Positions 17,183-25,785 of a stretch of DNA of 64,000 nucleotides are shown here, piece by piece. Source of the stretch: Gammaproteobacteria bacterium. Its GTDB lineage: Bacteria; Pseudomonadota; Gammaproteobacteria; Eutrophobiales; Eutrophobiaceae. Every line of letters begins with the position of its first letter. The stretch's first letter is position 1. The stretch is taken from contig JACPSH010000004.1 in assembly GCA_016193395.1 (NCBI GenBank), positions 6,549-70,548 of the forward strand. The letters run 5' to 3'. The translations under genes were made by a program, and so were the position numbers. A model generated the notes under the pieces. It saw nothing but the letters and a program-made list of their open reading frames with translations. It was not told where the DNA came from and searched no databases.

Positions 17183-17582
17183 ATGAGGGTTTGTCTATTC
17201 GCCGTGTCAACGGTTTTCCTTCCCGCACCAATGGCGTTCGCCGCCGGTGACTTTGACGGTTCGCGGCCGCTGGTTTGCCATCCACTCGAAATCAACGATT
17301 GCCTGCCGGGCACCGACCTGCAAACACGAGATGCCGAGCGAGGCGACTTTCTCTAACGATATGAGCATCGACTTCCTGAAGAAGGAGGCGAGCGGGCGCT
17401 ATCGCAAGACCCCATTGCCCATCGCCAACATGCAGATCACGGAATCGCAACTCATCCTGCCGGGCACCGACCTGCAATTTGCCTGGTCGGCGGTGATCTT
17501 CCAGAAGGATGACGGCATGACGACCACCATCGCGGACCGCCAGGGCGCCTACGTCCTGTTCGGCGGGTGCGAGCCCAAATAG
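17183..17582 (+). pseudogene. Small secreted protein split by a +1 frame change (or two adjacent small ORFs 17183-17356 and 17361-17582)
   Basis: RBS AAGGAGA plus signal peptide MRVCLFAVSTVFLPAPMAFA. The reading frame switches at the TTT run near 17347. Both halves contain LPGTDLQ. Confidence 0.4.
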
Positions 17583-17620
17583 CGGCGAAAATTTGATGCC
17601 GGATTGAACCGGGAAGCGCA

Positions 17621-19150
17621 ATGAGCCGGCCCACTCTAGCTGCCCGCGGCACCAGTCCTGGCGCGGCCGGGCGGTACGGGGACAATGCCGATCGCGACTT
17701 CCGCATGCTGATTGGCGGCGACTGGGTCGCATCGCAGTCAGGGGGGACATTCCCGTGCGTCGACCCGTTCACGGAAGAAAGTTGGGGACGCATCCCGCTC
17801 GCCGATGCGGTGGATGCCGATCGCGCCGTCCACGCGGCGCGGCGCGCCTTTGATTCCGGCGGCTGGCCGCAGACGGCGCCCGCCCGCCGCGCTGCCCTGT
17901 TGCGCAAACTCGCGCAGCTCATGGAGCAGAACGCCGACGAGCTGGCGCGAAGGCAGATCCTCGAAAATGGCAAGCTGATCAGCGAAATGCGGCTTGGCGT
18001 GGACGTGCTTGTTTCTTCCTGCCACTTCTTTGCCGGTCTCGCGGAGACACTAAGCGGCATGACGCTGCCGGTCAGCATCCCCAATGTCTTCAGTTACACG
18101 GTGCGCGAACCGATCGGAGTCGTGGCCGCAATCACGCCTTGGAACTCGCCATTGTTGCTGCTGGCCTGGAAGCTGTTCCCGGCGCTCGCCGCGGGGAACA
18201 CGGTGGTGATCAAACCTTCGGAGGTCACGCCGACTTCAACCCTGCTGCTCGGCGAACTGATCGTAAAGGCGGGATTCCCGGCAGGCGTGGTCAACATCGT
18301 CACCGGCTTCGGAATCCCCACCGGCGCGGCCCTCGCGAGCCACCCGGGCGTAGACAAGATCGCGTTCACCGGCTCGACGGCGACCGGCCGCGCGATCGCG
18401 CATGCCGCGGCGGAACGCAATGCGCGCTTCACGCTCGAACTCGGCGGCAAATCGCCAAACATCATCTTCGCGGACGCGGACATCGGCAACGCCGTGAACG
18501 GCGTCATGGCCGGCATCTTCGCCGCCACCGGCCAGACCTGCATGGCCGGCTCGCGCGTGCTCGTGGAGAGCCGCGTCTACCAGCAAACCGCGGAGCTGCT
18601 GGTTGATCGAGGACGCAGGATTCGCGCCGGCGATCCGCTGGATCCCGCCACGCAACTTGGCCCGCTGGCCTCCCGCGCCCAACTCGACAAGGTGCTCGGC
18701 TATTTCGACATTGCGCGCAATGAAGGGCTGGAATTGCTGAGCGGGGGCAGGCGCATTGATTGCAAGGGATTCTTCGTCGAGCCCACGATTTATGGCAACG
18801 TGGACAACCATTGCCGCCTCGCGCGCGAGGAGATCTTCGGCCCGGTGGCGGCATTGATCCGATTCGAAGACGAGGAGCAGGCCGTGGCGCTCGCCAACGA
18901 TACGCCGTACGGCCTGGCCGCCGGCGTCTGGACAGAGAATGCGCAGCGCGCGCAGCGCATGGTGCAGCGCCTGCGCGCCGGCACGGTGTGGGTTAACAAC
19001 TACCGGCTGGTGTCCTATGCAATGCCATTCGGCGGCTTCAAGCAGAGCGGTCTCGGACGCGAGATCGGGCCCGACGCGCTGCACGAATACACCGAGGTGA
19101 AGAGCATCTGGATCGACACCGGCAATCCCGTGCGATTCCCGGCCGGCTGA
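17621..19150 (+). CDS. NAD(P)-dependent aldehyde dehydrogenase (paralog 2)
   Basis: 509 aa. Long identical runs are shared with the 8043-9569 product (IGVVAAITPWN, VIKPSEVTPTSTLLL, ELGGKSPNIIFADAD, RLRAGTVWVNNYRLVS). Confidence 0.9.
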   Translation: MSRPTLAARGTSPGAAGRYGDNADRDFRMLIGGDWVASQSGGTFPCVDPFTEESWGRIPLADAVDADRAVHAARRAFDSGGWPQTAPARRAALLRKLAQLMEQNADELARRQILENGKLISEMRLGVDVLVSSCHFFAGLAETLSGMTLPVSIPNVFSYTVREPIGVVAAITPWNSPLLLLAWKLFPALAAGNTVVIKPSEVTPTSTLLLGELIVKAGFPAGVVNIVTGFGIPTGAALASHPGVDKIAFTGSTATGRAIAHAAAERNARFTLELGGKSPNIIFADADIGNAVNGVMAGIFAATGQTCMAGSRVLVESRVYQQTAELLVDRGRRIRAGDPLDPATQLGPLASRAQLDKVLGYFDIARNEGLELLSGGRRIDCKGFFVEPTIYGNVDNHCRLAREEIFGPVAALIRFEDEEQAVALANDTPYGLAAGVWTENAQRAQRMVQRLRAGTVWVNNYRLVSYAMPFGGFKQSGLGREIGPDALHEYTEVKSIWIDTGNPVRFPAG

Positions 19151-19623
19151 TGAGCGATGCGACCATGACGATCCGCTTCCTGATTTGCCTGGTCATCACC
19201 CTGGCGGGCGCGGCGTGCGCGACCTCGACCCAGGAAGCCGAAGCACCATCATCGGAAGCGCAGACGGCTTCGGACCCGCCGGCCGCAGAGCCCTGCGAGG
19301 AACAGGCGGTCATGCCTGAGACGCAGGCTGAGGAATCGGAAATGCCGGCCGCGGCGAATCCATGGGCCGAGCCCGCGCGGGAGGTGCTCCTGCCGCACTG
19401 CGGTAAGTGCCACAACGGCACTCTCCCGACCAGCCTGCCGGGCGCGCGGGCGGTTTATGATTTGAGCGAGGCCATCTGGTACGCGCGCATCGCCCCACAG
19501 CAGTACGACGGGATGCTGCAGCGGGTGCGCAGCCACAGCGCAATTCCCGAAGACGACAAGTCCGCGATCGAAAACTTCGTCCGTTGCGCCCGCGACAACG
19601 ATTGCGCCGGTTCCCCGAATTAA
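19150..19623 (+). CDS. Putative lipoprotein with a single CXXCH heme-binding motif
   Basis: The start overlaps the ALDH stop by 1 nt. It has a lipobox-like LAGAAC and a CGKCH motif. No family was recognised. Confidence 0.5.
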   Translation: MSDATMTIRFLICLVITLAGAACATSTQEAEAPSSEAQTASDPPAAEPCEEQAVMPETQAEESEMPAAANPWAEPAREVLLPHCGKCHNGTLPTSLPGARAVYDLSEAIWYARIAPQQYDGMLQRVRSHSAIPEDDKSAIENFVRCARDNDCAGSPN

Positions 19624-19647
19624 TCGCAAACATCCAGAGGAGATGAC

Positions 19648-20556
19648 ATGCCCCTGCACCCGCAAGCGAAGGAGCTGGTCGAGCAGATCGCCGCGCAGCC
19701 CCCGCTCGAGACCCTGACGATTCCGCAGGCACGGACGCGCGCCATGGAAATCGCGATACGCTTCGGCCCCGGCGAGCCGGTCGCGAACGTGGATGATCGC
19801 ACGGTCCCGGGGCCGGGCGGCGAGATCCCGGTCCGCTTCTACACGCCGGAAGGCAAGGGGCCGTTGCCGGCGCTGGTGTTCTTCCACGGCGGCGGCTGGG
19901 TGGTGGGTAATCTCGAAACATCAGACTTCTACTGCCGCGCGGTGGCGAATGCCGCGCGCTGCATCGTCGCCTCGGTGAATTACCGCCATGCCCCCGAGCA
20001 CAAGTTTCCCGCGGCGGTGGAGGACGCTTACGCCGCGACTGCCTGGATCGCGGCGAACGCGCGGCGGTTCAACGGCGATCCGGCGCGCGTGGCCGTGGGC
20101 GGATCAAGCGCCGGTTCCAACCTCGCTGCGGTGGTGGCCATAATGGCGCGCGACAGGGGTGCGCCGCGGATCGCATTCCAGGTGCTGTCCGTACCCGTGG
20201 TGGATTATGACTTCGACTCGCGCTCCTACCGGGAGAATGCCGATGGCTACGGCCTGACCCGCAAGGCCATGCAGTGGTTCTGGGGACATTACCTGAAATC
20301 CGAAGCGGACGGGGCGCATCCGCATGCCTCACCGCTGCGCGCCAAGGATTTCCGCAATCTTCCTCCGGCGTTTGTCACGACCGCGGAATTCGACCCGCTG
20401 CGCGATGAAGGCGAGGCTTACGCCGGGAAGCTGATTGCGGCCAGCGTGAAAGTGAATTACAAATGCTACGAGGGGATGGTGCACATGTTCCTCGGGCCGG
20501 ATTCAATCGCGGACCTCGCGACGCAATTGCGGGCGGCCTTCGCGCACGCGGCGTGA
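19648..20556 (+). CDS. Alpha/beta hydrolase, hormone-sensitive-lipase-type esterase
   Basis: It has the HGGGW oxyanion motif (FFHGGGWVVG) and a GSSAG nucleophile elbow; 302 aa. Confidence 0.85.
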   Translation: MPLHPQAKELVEQIAAQPPLETLTIPQARTRAMEIAIRFGPGEPVANVDDRTVPGPGGEIPVRFYTPEGKGPLPALVFFHGGGWVVGNLETSDFYCRAVANAARCIVASVNYRHAPEHKFPAAVEDAYAATAWIAANARRFNGDPARVAVGGSSAGSNLAAVVAIMARDRGAPRIAFQVLSVPVVDYDFDSRSYRENADGYGLTRKAMQWFWGHYLKSEADGAHPHASPLRAKDFRNLPPAFVTTAEFDPLRDEGEAYAGKLIAASVKVNYKCYEGMVHMFLGPDSIADLATQLRAAFAHAA

Positions 20557-20564
20557 GAAAAAAC

Positions 20565-21020
20565 ATGGCCGAACAGAAACGCCGCGTCGTTCCCCCCGTA
20601 TACCTGTTGCTGACCGTCCTCGCGATGGGCGCGATGCACCACTGGCTGCCGCTCTACCAGTGGACTTCCCGTCCCTGGTCGTGGGCCGGACTGCTGCCGG
20701 TTTTACTGGGACTGGGCGTGACCGTGACGGCCGCGCTTTCATTCATGCGCGCCGGGACGCCCATCGTGCCGTTCGAGAAATCGACCGCGCTGGTCACCAG
20801 CGGCCTGTTCCGCTTTACGCGCAACCCGATGTACCTCGGGATGGTGCTGCTGCTCGGCGGATCGGCGATCCTGTTCGGCAGCGTCGGCGCGTTACTGCCG
20901 ATCCCGCTGTTCGTGTGGGTCATCGTCAGCGACTTCATACACTGCGAGGAGCGGTTCATGGAGGAGCTGTTCGGCGCGGAATACCTCGCCTACAAGCAGA
21001 AGGTCCGGCGCTGGTTGTGA
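20565..21020 (+). CDS. Isoprenylcysteine carboxyl methyltransferase (ICMT)/phospholipid methyltransferase family membrane protein
   Basis: Start ATG 20565 (MAEQKRRV). It has four hydrophobic segments and the motifs RFTRNPMYLG and EERFMEELFG. Confidence 0.75.
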   Translation: MAEQKRRVVPPVYLLLTVLAMGAMHHWLPLYQWTSRPWSWAGLLPVLLGLGVTVTAALSFMRAGTPIVPFEKSTALVTSGLFRFTRNPMYLGMVLLLGGSAILFGSVGALLPIPLFVWVIVSDFIHCEERFMEELFGAEYLAYKQKVRRWL

Positions 21021-21038
21021 TCAGGCAATCAGGAACCC

Positions 21039-21076
21039 GTCATTCCGGGCGGCCTTCTGGCCGGCCCGGAATCCAG
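21039..21076. repeat. REP-like palindromic unit
   Basis: GTCATTCCGGGCGGCCTTCTGGCCGGCCCGGAATCCAG. Confidence 0.8.
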
Positions 21077-21123
21077 CCTCGATGCGGCTTCAAGCGCGAC
21101 GGCGACGGCTTTGCGCGTTGCGC

Positions 21124-21162
21124 CTGGATTCCGGACGTTTGCTGCGCAAAGTCCGGAATGAC
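21124..21162. repeat. REP-like palindromic unit, inverted relative to 21039-21076 (BIME-like pair)
   Basis: CTGGATTCCGGACGTTTGCTGCGCAAAGTCCGGAATGAC. Confidence 0.8.
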
Positions 21163-21169
21163 AGTTGAA

Positions 21170-22435
21170 TCAGAGCTTGAACGTCGTCTTCAGCTTCTTC
21201 TTCACCGCGACGTTCTTCAGCGTGACGTACTTCGGCATGCCGTCCTCGTAGGGCGGATAGGCCTCGCCGCGGATCAGCGGCGCGAGGTAGCGCCGCGCCT
21301 CCGCTGTGATCCCGAAGCCGTCGGCGGCGATGAAATCGCGCGGCATCGTCTTCTCGCGGTTGGCCACGTCGGTCAGCTTCGCCACGCCGATCGTCCAGCG
21401 ATAGGGGCGGTTCGACTTGCGCACGATGGTCGGCATGACCGCGTTGTGGCCCTTGAGCGCGAGTTCGACGGCGGCCTTACCGACGGCGCAGGCCTGGTCG
21501 AGATCGGTCTTCGAGGCGATGTGCCGGGCTGAACGCTGCAGGTAATCCGCGACCGCGTAGTGGTATTTGTAGCCGAGCTTCGACTTCACCAGGTTTGCGA
21601 TCACGGGCGCGACCCCGCCGAGCTGCGCGTGGCCGAAGGCATCGCGCGTGCCGGCCTCCGCCAGGAATTTCCCCTCCGCGTTGCGCACACCCTCGGACAC
21701 GACAATCACGCAGTAGTCGTATTTCTCGGTGCAGGCCTTCACGCGCGCCAAGAACTTCTCCTCGTTAAAAGTGATTTCCGGGAACAGGATGATATGCGGG
21801 GGATCCCCGAGCCTGGAGCCGGCCAGGCCCCCGGCCGCGGCGATCCAGCCCGCATGCCGGCCCATGACTTCGAGCACGAAGACCTTGGTCGACGTGCGCG
21901 ACATGGACAGCACGTCGAGCGCCGCTTCCTTGACGGACACGGCCACGTACTTGGCCACCGAGCCGAATCCCGGGCAGCAATCGGTCGCCGGCAAATCGTT
22001 GTCCACGGTCTTCGGGACATGGATGGCACGAATCGGGAAATTCATGGTCTCAGAGAGTTGCGCGACCTTGAGGCAGGTATCGGCCGAGTCGCCGCCGCCG
22101 TTATAGAAGAAATAACCGATATGGTGGGCACGGAAGACTTCCATCAACCGCTCGTACTGGGCCCGGCTCTGTTCGAGGCCCTCGAGCTTGTACCGGCACG
22201 AGCCGAACGCCCCGCCCGGGGTGTGCTGGAGCGCCTTGATCGCGGCGGCGGACTCGCGGCCGGTGTCGATCAGGTCCTCGGTCAGCGCGCCGATGATGCC
22301 ATTGCGTCCGGCGTAGACCTTTGCGATCCGGTTGCGGTGGCGGCGGGCGGCCTGGATCACGCCGGAGGCGGTGGCGTTGATGACGGCCGTCACCCCGCCG
22401 GACTGGGCATAGAACGCATTCATGGGCCTGGCCAT
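21170..22435 (-). CDS. pfk: 6-phosphofructokinase, ~420-aa type (ATP- or PPi-dependent; not distinguishable by eye)
   Basis: Start MARPMNAFYAQSGGVTAVINA (alternative ATG at 22423). It has GGGDS and PKTVDNDL motifs. Confidence 0.85.
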   Translation of the reverse strand: MARPMNAFYAQSGGVTAVINATASGVIQAARRHRNRIAKVYAGRNGIIGALTEDLIDTGRESAAAIKALQHTPGGAFGSCRYKLEGLEQSRAQYERLMEVFRAHHIGYFFYNGGGDSADTCLKVAQLSETMNFPIRAIHVPKTVDNDLPATDCCPGFGSVAKYVAVSVKEAALDVLSMSRTSTKVFVLEVMGRHAGWIAAAGGLAGSRLGDPPHIILFPEITFNEEKFLARVKACTEKYDYCVIVVSEGVRNAEGKFLAEAGTRDAFGHAQLGGVAPVIANLVKSKLGYKYHYAVADYLQRSARHIASKTDLDQACAVGKAAVELALKGHNAVMPTIVRKSNRPYRWTIGVAKLTDVANREKTMPRDFIAADGFGITAEARRYLAPLIRGEAYPPYEDGMPKYVTLKNVAVKKKLKTTFKL

Positions 22436-22624
22436 AATCTGTTGCTCCCTGGGAAGACGGTGTTTGCCGCCCCGGCGCTGGCGCGGGATTTCATACATTA
22501 TTGTTGTGCTAGACTGCGAATCAAGCTCCCGGGCGGGAATGGCCCGATGAACCGTGCCCCATGCGCGGCGGCAAACGGCGTTGCGCGGGATTCACGCCAC
22601 CGCGCCTGCTACGAAACGTCTGCA

Positions 22625-24088
22625 ATGCGACTTCTCCGATCCCTGTCTTTCTGTCTGTTTGGATTCTGCGCCGGGGCGGGCGCGGAAACGACCACGCTGG
22701 ACCTGCCGGATATCGGCGACTCCACCGGCTCGATCCTGTCCCCGGAGTTCGAGCGGCGTCTCGGCCAGGCATTCCTGAACCACGTGCGCCAGCAGGCGGA
22801 CATCACCAGCGATCCGGAAGTGGAGTCCTACGTCCAGTCCCTGGGCTACCGCCTCGTCTCGCACAGTGACAACAATACCCAGTTGTTCACCTTTTTCGTG
22901 ATCGACGACCCGCTGATCAACGCCTTCGCCGCCCCCGGCGGCATCGTCGGCATCAACAGCGGCACGATCATCAACAGCGATACGGAGAGCGAGTTGGCCG
23001 GCGTCGTGGCGCACGAAGTGTCGCACGTCACCCAGAAGCACATGGCCCGCTCGGCGGAGATGAGCTCGAAGCTGTCCCTGCCGATGATGGCGGCGATGCT
23101 CGGCGCGATCCTGGTCGCCACCCAGAACCCGGAGGCCGGGCAGGCCGCGATCATCGCCATACAGGGAGGCATGGTGCAGGCGCAGATCAACTTCACGCGG
23201 CACAACGAGGAAGAGGCGGACCGGGTCGGCATCCAACTCCTGGAGCGCTCCGGGTTCGACCCGCTGGGGATGCCGGGCTTCTTCGAGAAGCTGCACCGGA
23301 ATTCGCGCTACTTCGCGCAGGCCCCTGAATTCCTGCGCTCGCACCCGCTGACGAAGAACCGCATCGCCGAGTCCCAGGCGCGCGCAGAAGCGTATCCGCG
23401 CAAGGAGCACTACGACGAAAGTCGGAGCTTCTACTTCATCCGCGCGAAGCTGATGGTGAAGTCCTACAGGAACCCGCAGGAAGCGATCGGGTATTTCCGC
23501 AACGAGCTTGAGCGCAACGAGGGCATCGACCCGACAGGCGTGCTGAATTACGGGCTGGCACTGGCGCAGGCGGAAGCCGGCGACTACGGCGCGGCGCGTG
23601 GGCTGCTTGAGAACCTGCTGGCGCGCGATCCCGAGAACCCCGCCCTGTTGCTGGCCTCGGCGGACGTCGCCGCGCGCCAGGGCCAATTTGACGATGCCTT
23701 CCGGTATTACGAGCGCACAGAGCACCTCTACCCGGATTACCGGCCGCTGGTTCTCAATTACAGCGAGGCGCTGCTTCAGCATGGCCAGCCGCAGAAGGCG
23801 CGCGACCTGCTGAAACAGTACGGCAAAAACAACGACCCCGACCTCACCTACTACGACTTCCTGACGCGCGCCGAGGCGGAGTCGGGCAACAACGTGGAGT
23901 CCGGGATCGCCAATGCCGAGTACTACTACCTGTCGGGCGAAACGCGCGTGGCGATCGAACGGCTGAAATACGTCATGCAGCAGAAGAATCCGCCGCCGGA
24001 CTACTACCAGCAGGAGCGGATCATGGCGCGCCTCGCCTTCCTCGAACAGGAGCTTCAGATCGAAAAGGATCTGAAGCTCACCAAGTAA
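22625..24088 (+). CDS. bepA: Beta-barrel assembly-enhancing protease BepA (M48 peptidase with TPR domain)
   Basis: ATG 22625 with a signal peptide, the HEVSH zinc motif (VVAHEVSHVTQKH), and C-terminal TPR repeats. The 842-aa track ORF is a frame run-on upstream. Confidence 0.85.
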   Translation: MRLLRSLSFCLFGFCAGAGAETTTLDLPDIGDSTGSILSPEFERRLGQAFLNHVRQQADITSDPEVESYVQSLGYRLVSHSDNNTQLFTFFVIDDPLINAFAAPGGIVGINSGTIINSDTESELAGVVAHEVSHVTQKHMARSAEMSSKLSLPMMAAMLGAILVATQNPEAGQAAIIAIQGGMVQAQINFTRHNEEEADRVGIQLLERSGFDPLGMPGFFEKLHRNSRYFAQAPEFLRSHPLTKNRIAESQARAEAYPRKEHYDESRSFYFIRAKLMVKSYRNPQEAIGYFRNELERNEGIDPTGVLNYGLALAQAEAGDYGAARGLLENLLARDPENPALLLASADVAARQGQFDDAFRYYERTEHLYPDYRPLVLNYSEALLQHGQPQKARDLLKQYGKNNDPDLTYYDFLTRAEAESGNNVESGIANAEYYYLSGETRVAIERLKYVMQQKNPPPDYYQQERIMARLAFLEQELQIEKDLKLTK

Positions 24089-24101
24089 CGCCCCGCGAAC
24101 C

Positions 24102-24548
24102 ATGCGCCGCAGAGGTTTCCTGCATGCCCAGTCCGCGTTCCTGGGCTTCGCCCTGTTCGGGAAGGCGCTGCGCGCGCTTGCGGAATGGAACGCGAAGGCG
24201 TTCGACGCCACGACCGAAGCCGAGGCCTTGGCCAAGTTTTTCGGCGGCCGCCCCATCGAACCGTCGGCGGAAATCAATGTGGACGTGCTTGACCTGGTCG
24301 AGGACGGCGCCTTCGTCCCGGTGCAGGTGACGACCACGTTGCCGCGGCCACGATCGATCACCCTGCTGGCCGCGAAGAATCCCCACCCGCTGATTGCACA
24401 TTTCGAGCTCGGTTCGCGCTGTGGCGCGGCGATCGCCACACGCATCAAGGTCGCGGAGCCGGCGGACATCATCGGCGTCGTCGAGTCCGGGGACAGGCTC
24501 TACAGCGCGCGCCGGTTCGTGAAGGTCATCGCGGGCGGGTGCGGCTGA
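24102..24548 (+). CDS. soxY: Thiosulfate/sulfur oxidation carrier protein SoxY
   Basis: Tat-type signal MRRRGFL, an Ig-like body, and a C-terminal carrier arm ending ...VIAGGCG. Confidence 0.85.
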   Translation: MRRRGFLHAQSAFLGFALFGKALRALAEWNAKAFDATTEAEALAKFFGGRPIEPSAEINVDVLDLVEDGAFVPVQVTTTLPRPRSITLLAAKNPHPLIAHFELGSRCGAAIATRIKVAEPADIIGVVESGDRLYSARRFVKVIAGGCG

Positions 24549-24549
24549 C

Positions 24550-24879
24550 GTGACGGACAGCATCCGCATCCGCGCCAGCCTGGAGAACGGCGTCACCCGC
24601 GTGCAGGCGATCATCCGGCACCCGATGGAGGCCGGTTACGGCATCGAGGAGGGGACCGGCGGACGCAGACCGCAGCATTTCATCCGGGAATTGATCTGCC
24701 GTCATGGGGAGGATGTCGTATTGCGCTGCGACTGGAGCCGCGCGGTCTCGAAAAATCCCTATCTGTCCTTCTCGTTTACCGGAGCAAACGCGGGGGAGAG
24801 CTTCAGCATTTCCTGGAAGGACAATCAGGAAAAGTCCGACGCCGCCACCGTGGTCATCGAAGGGCCGGCCGGGTCCTGA
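24550..24879 (+). CDS. soxZ: Sulfur oxidation protein SoxZ
   Basis: The GTG start lies 2 nt after soxY. 109 aa, IRIRA...VTRVQAIIRHPMEAG...FIRELICRHGEDVVL, the typical SoxZ pattern. Confidence 0.85.
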   Translation: MTDSIRIRASLENGVTRVQAIIRHPMEAGYGIEEGTGGRRPQHFIRELICRHGEDVVLRCDWSRAVSKNPYLSFSFTGANAGESFSISWKDNQEKSDAATVVIEGPAGS

Positions 24880-24894
24880 AGACCGGCTCCCGGC

Positions 24895-25785
24895 TTGCGC
24901 GCGCTGATCCTCTTCGTGACCGTGATTGCGGGCGCGGTCCTCGCCGGGGCGATGCTTGCCTACCCTTCCTGGCTGGCTGCTTCGATCTTCACCGAGGCGC
25001 GCTTTGAAAAAGTCATCACCCGGAGCAGTGCGATTTCTGCGCTGATCGCCAGCCTGATCTACCTGCGCGCAACCGGCGGCTGGAGCCTGGACGGCATCGG
25101 CCTGGCCACAAGATCGCGCGCCTGGCGCGGGCCGCTGCTGACGGGCATGGCCACGGGCGCCACGCTGATCTTCGGCATGGAAGTCCTGCTGCTGTCGCTC
25201 GGCGTGCATGAACCCGAGGCGGGGAGCGATTTCGGCTTCGCCGCGCTGGCCGCGCAGGCGGGCCTGGCGTTGATGGCCGGAATCCTGATCGGTTTCATCG
25301 AGGAGATCCTGTTCCGCGGCGCGCTGTACGGCGCGGCGGAACGTGCGATGGGCGCCACCGCGGCGACCTTGCTCACCAGCGCCGTCTATGCCGCCGCGCA
25401 TTACCTCAAGTACCCGGCGCCTCCGCCTGGCGAGGCGATCGGCTGGCTCACCTGGATCAAGCTGTACCCGACCGCGTTGAACTGGTTTTACTACCGCTCG
25501 GTGTACGACGCCATGGCCGCGCTGTTCCTGCTCGGTGTCCTGCTGTGCGTGCTGCGCCGGCACTTCGGCCACATCTACACAGGCATGGGCCTGCACGCCG
25601 GCATCGCGACCGCGCTGCTCATGGTGAAGTACGCAACGGATCATGTCCGCGGCGCCCCATGGAGTTTTCTGGTCAGCCGGTATGACAACTACCAGGGGTG
25701 GCTGGCAGCCGCCGTGCTCCTGACCGCGATCGTCGCCCTGACGGTAATCGATCGCCACAGGGGCGCCGCCACGACACAGTCCTGA
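24895..25785 (+). CDS. CPBP-family intramembrane glutamic endopeptidase (CAAX protease-like)
   Basis: Multi-TM protein with the EEILFRG motif plus downstream conserved His residues. Confidence 0.75.
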   Translation: MRALILFVTVIAGAVLAGAMLAYPSWLAASIFTEARFEKVITRSSAISALIASLIYLRATGGWSLDGIGLATRSRAWRGPLLTGMATGATLIFGMEVLLLSLGVHEPEAGSDFGFAALAAQAGLALMAGILIGFIEEILFRGALYGAAERAMGATAATLLTSAVYAAAHYLKYPAPPPGEAIGWLTWIKLYPTALNWFYYRSVYDAMAALFLLGVLLCVLRRHFGHIYTGMGLHAGIATALLMVKYATDHVRGAPWSFLVSRYDNYQGWLAAAVLLTAIVALTVIDRHRGAATTQS

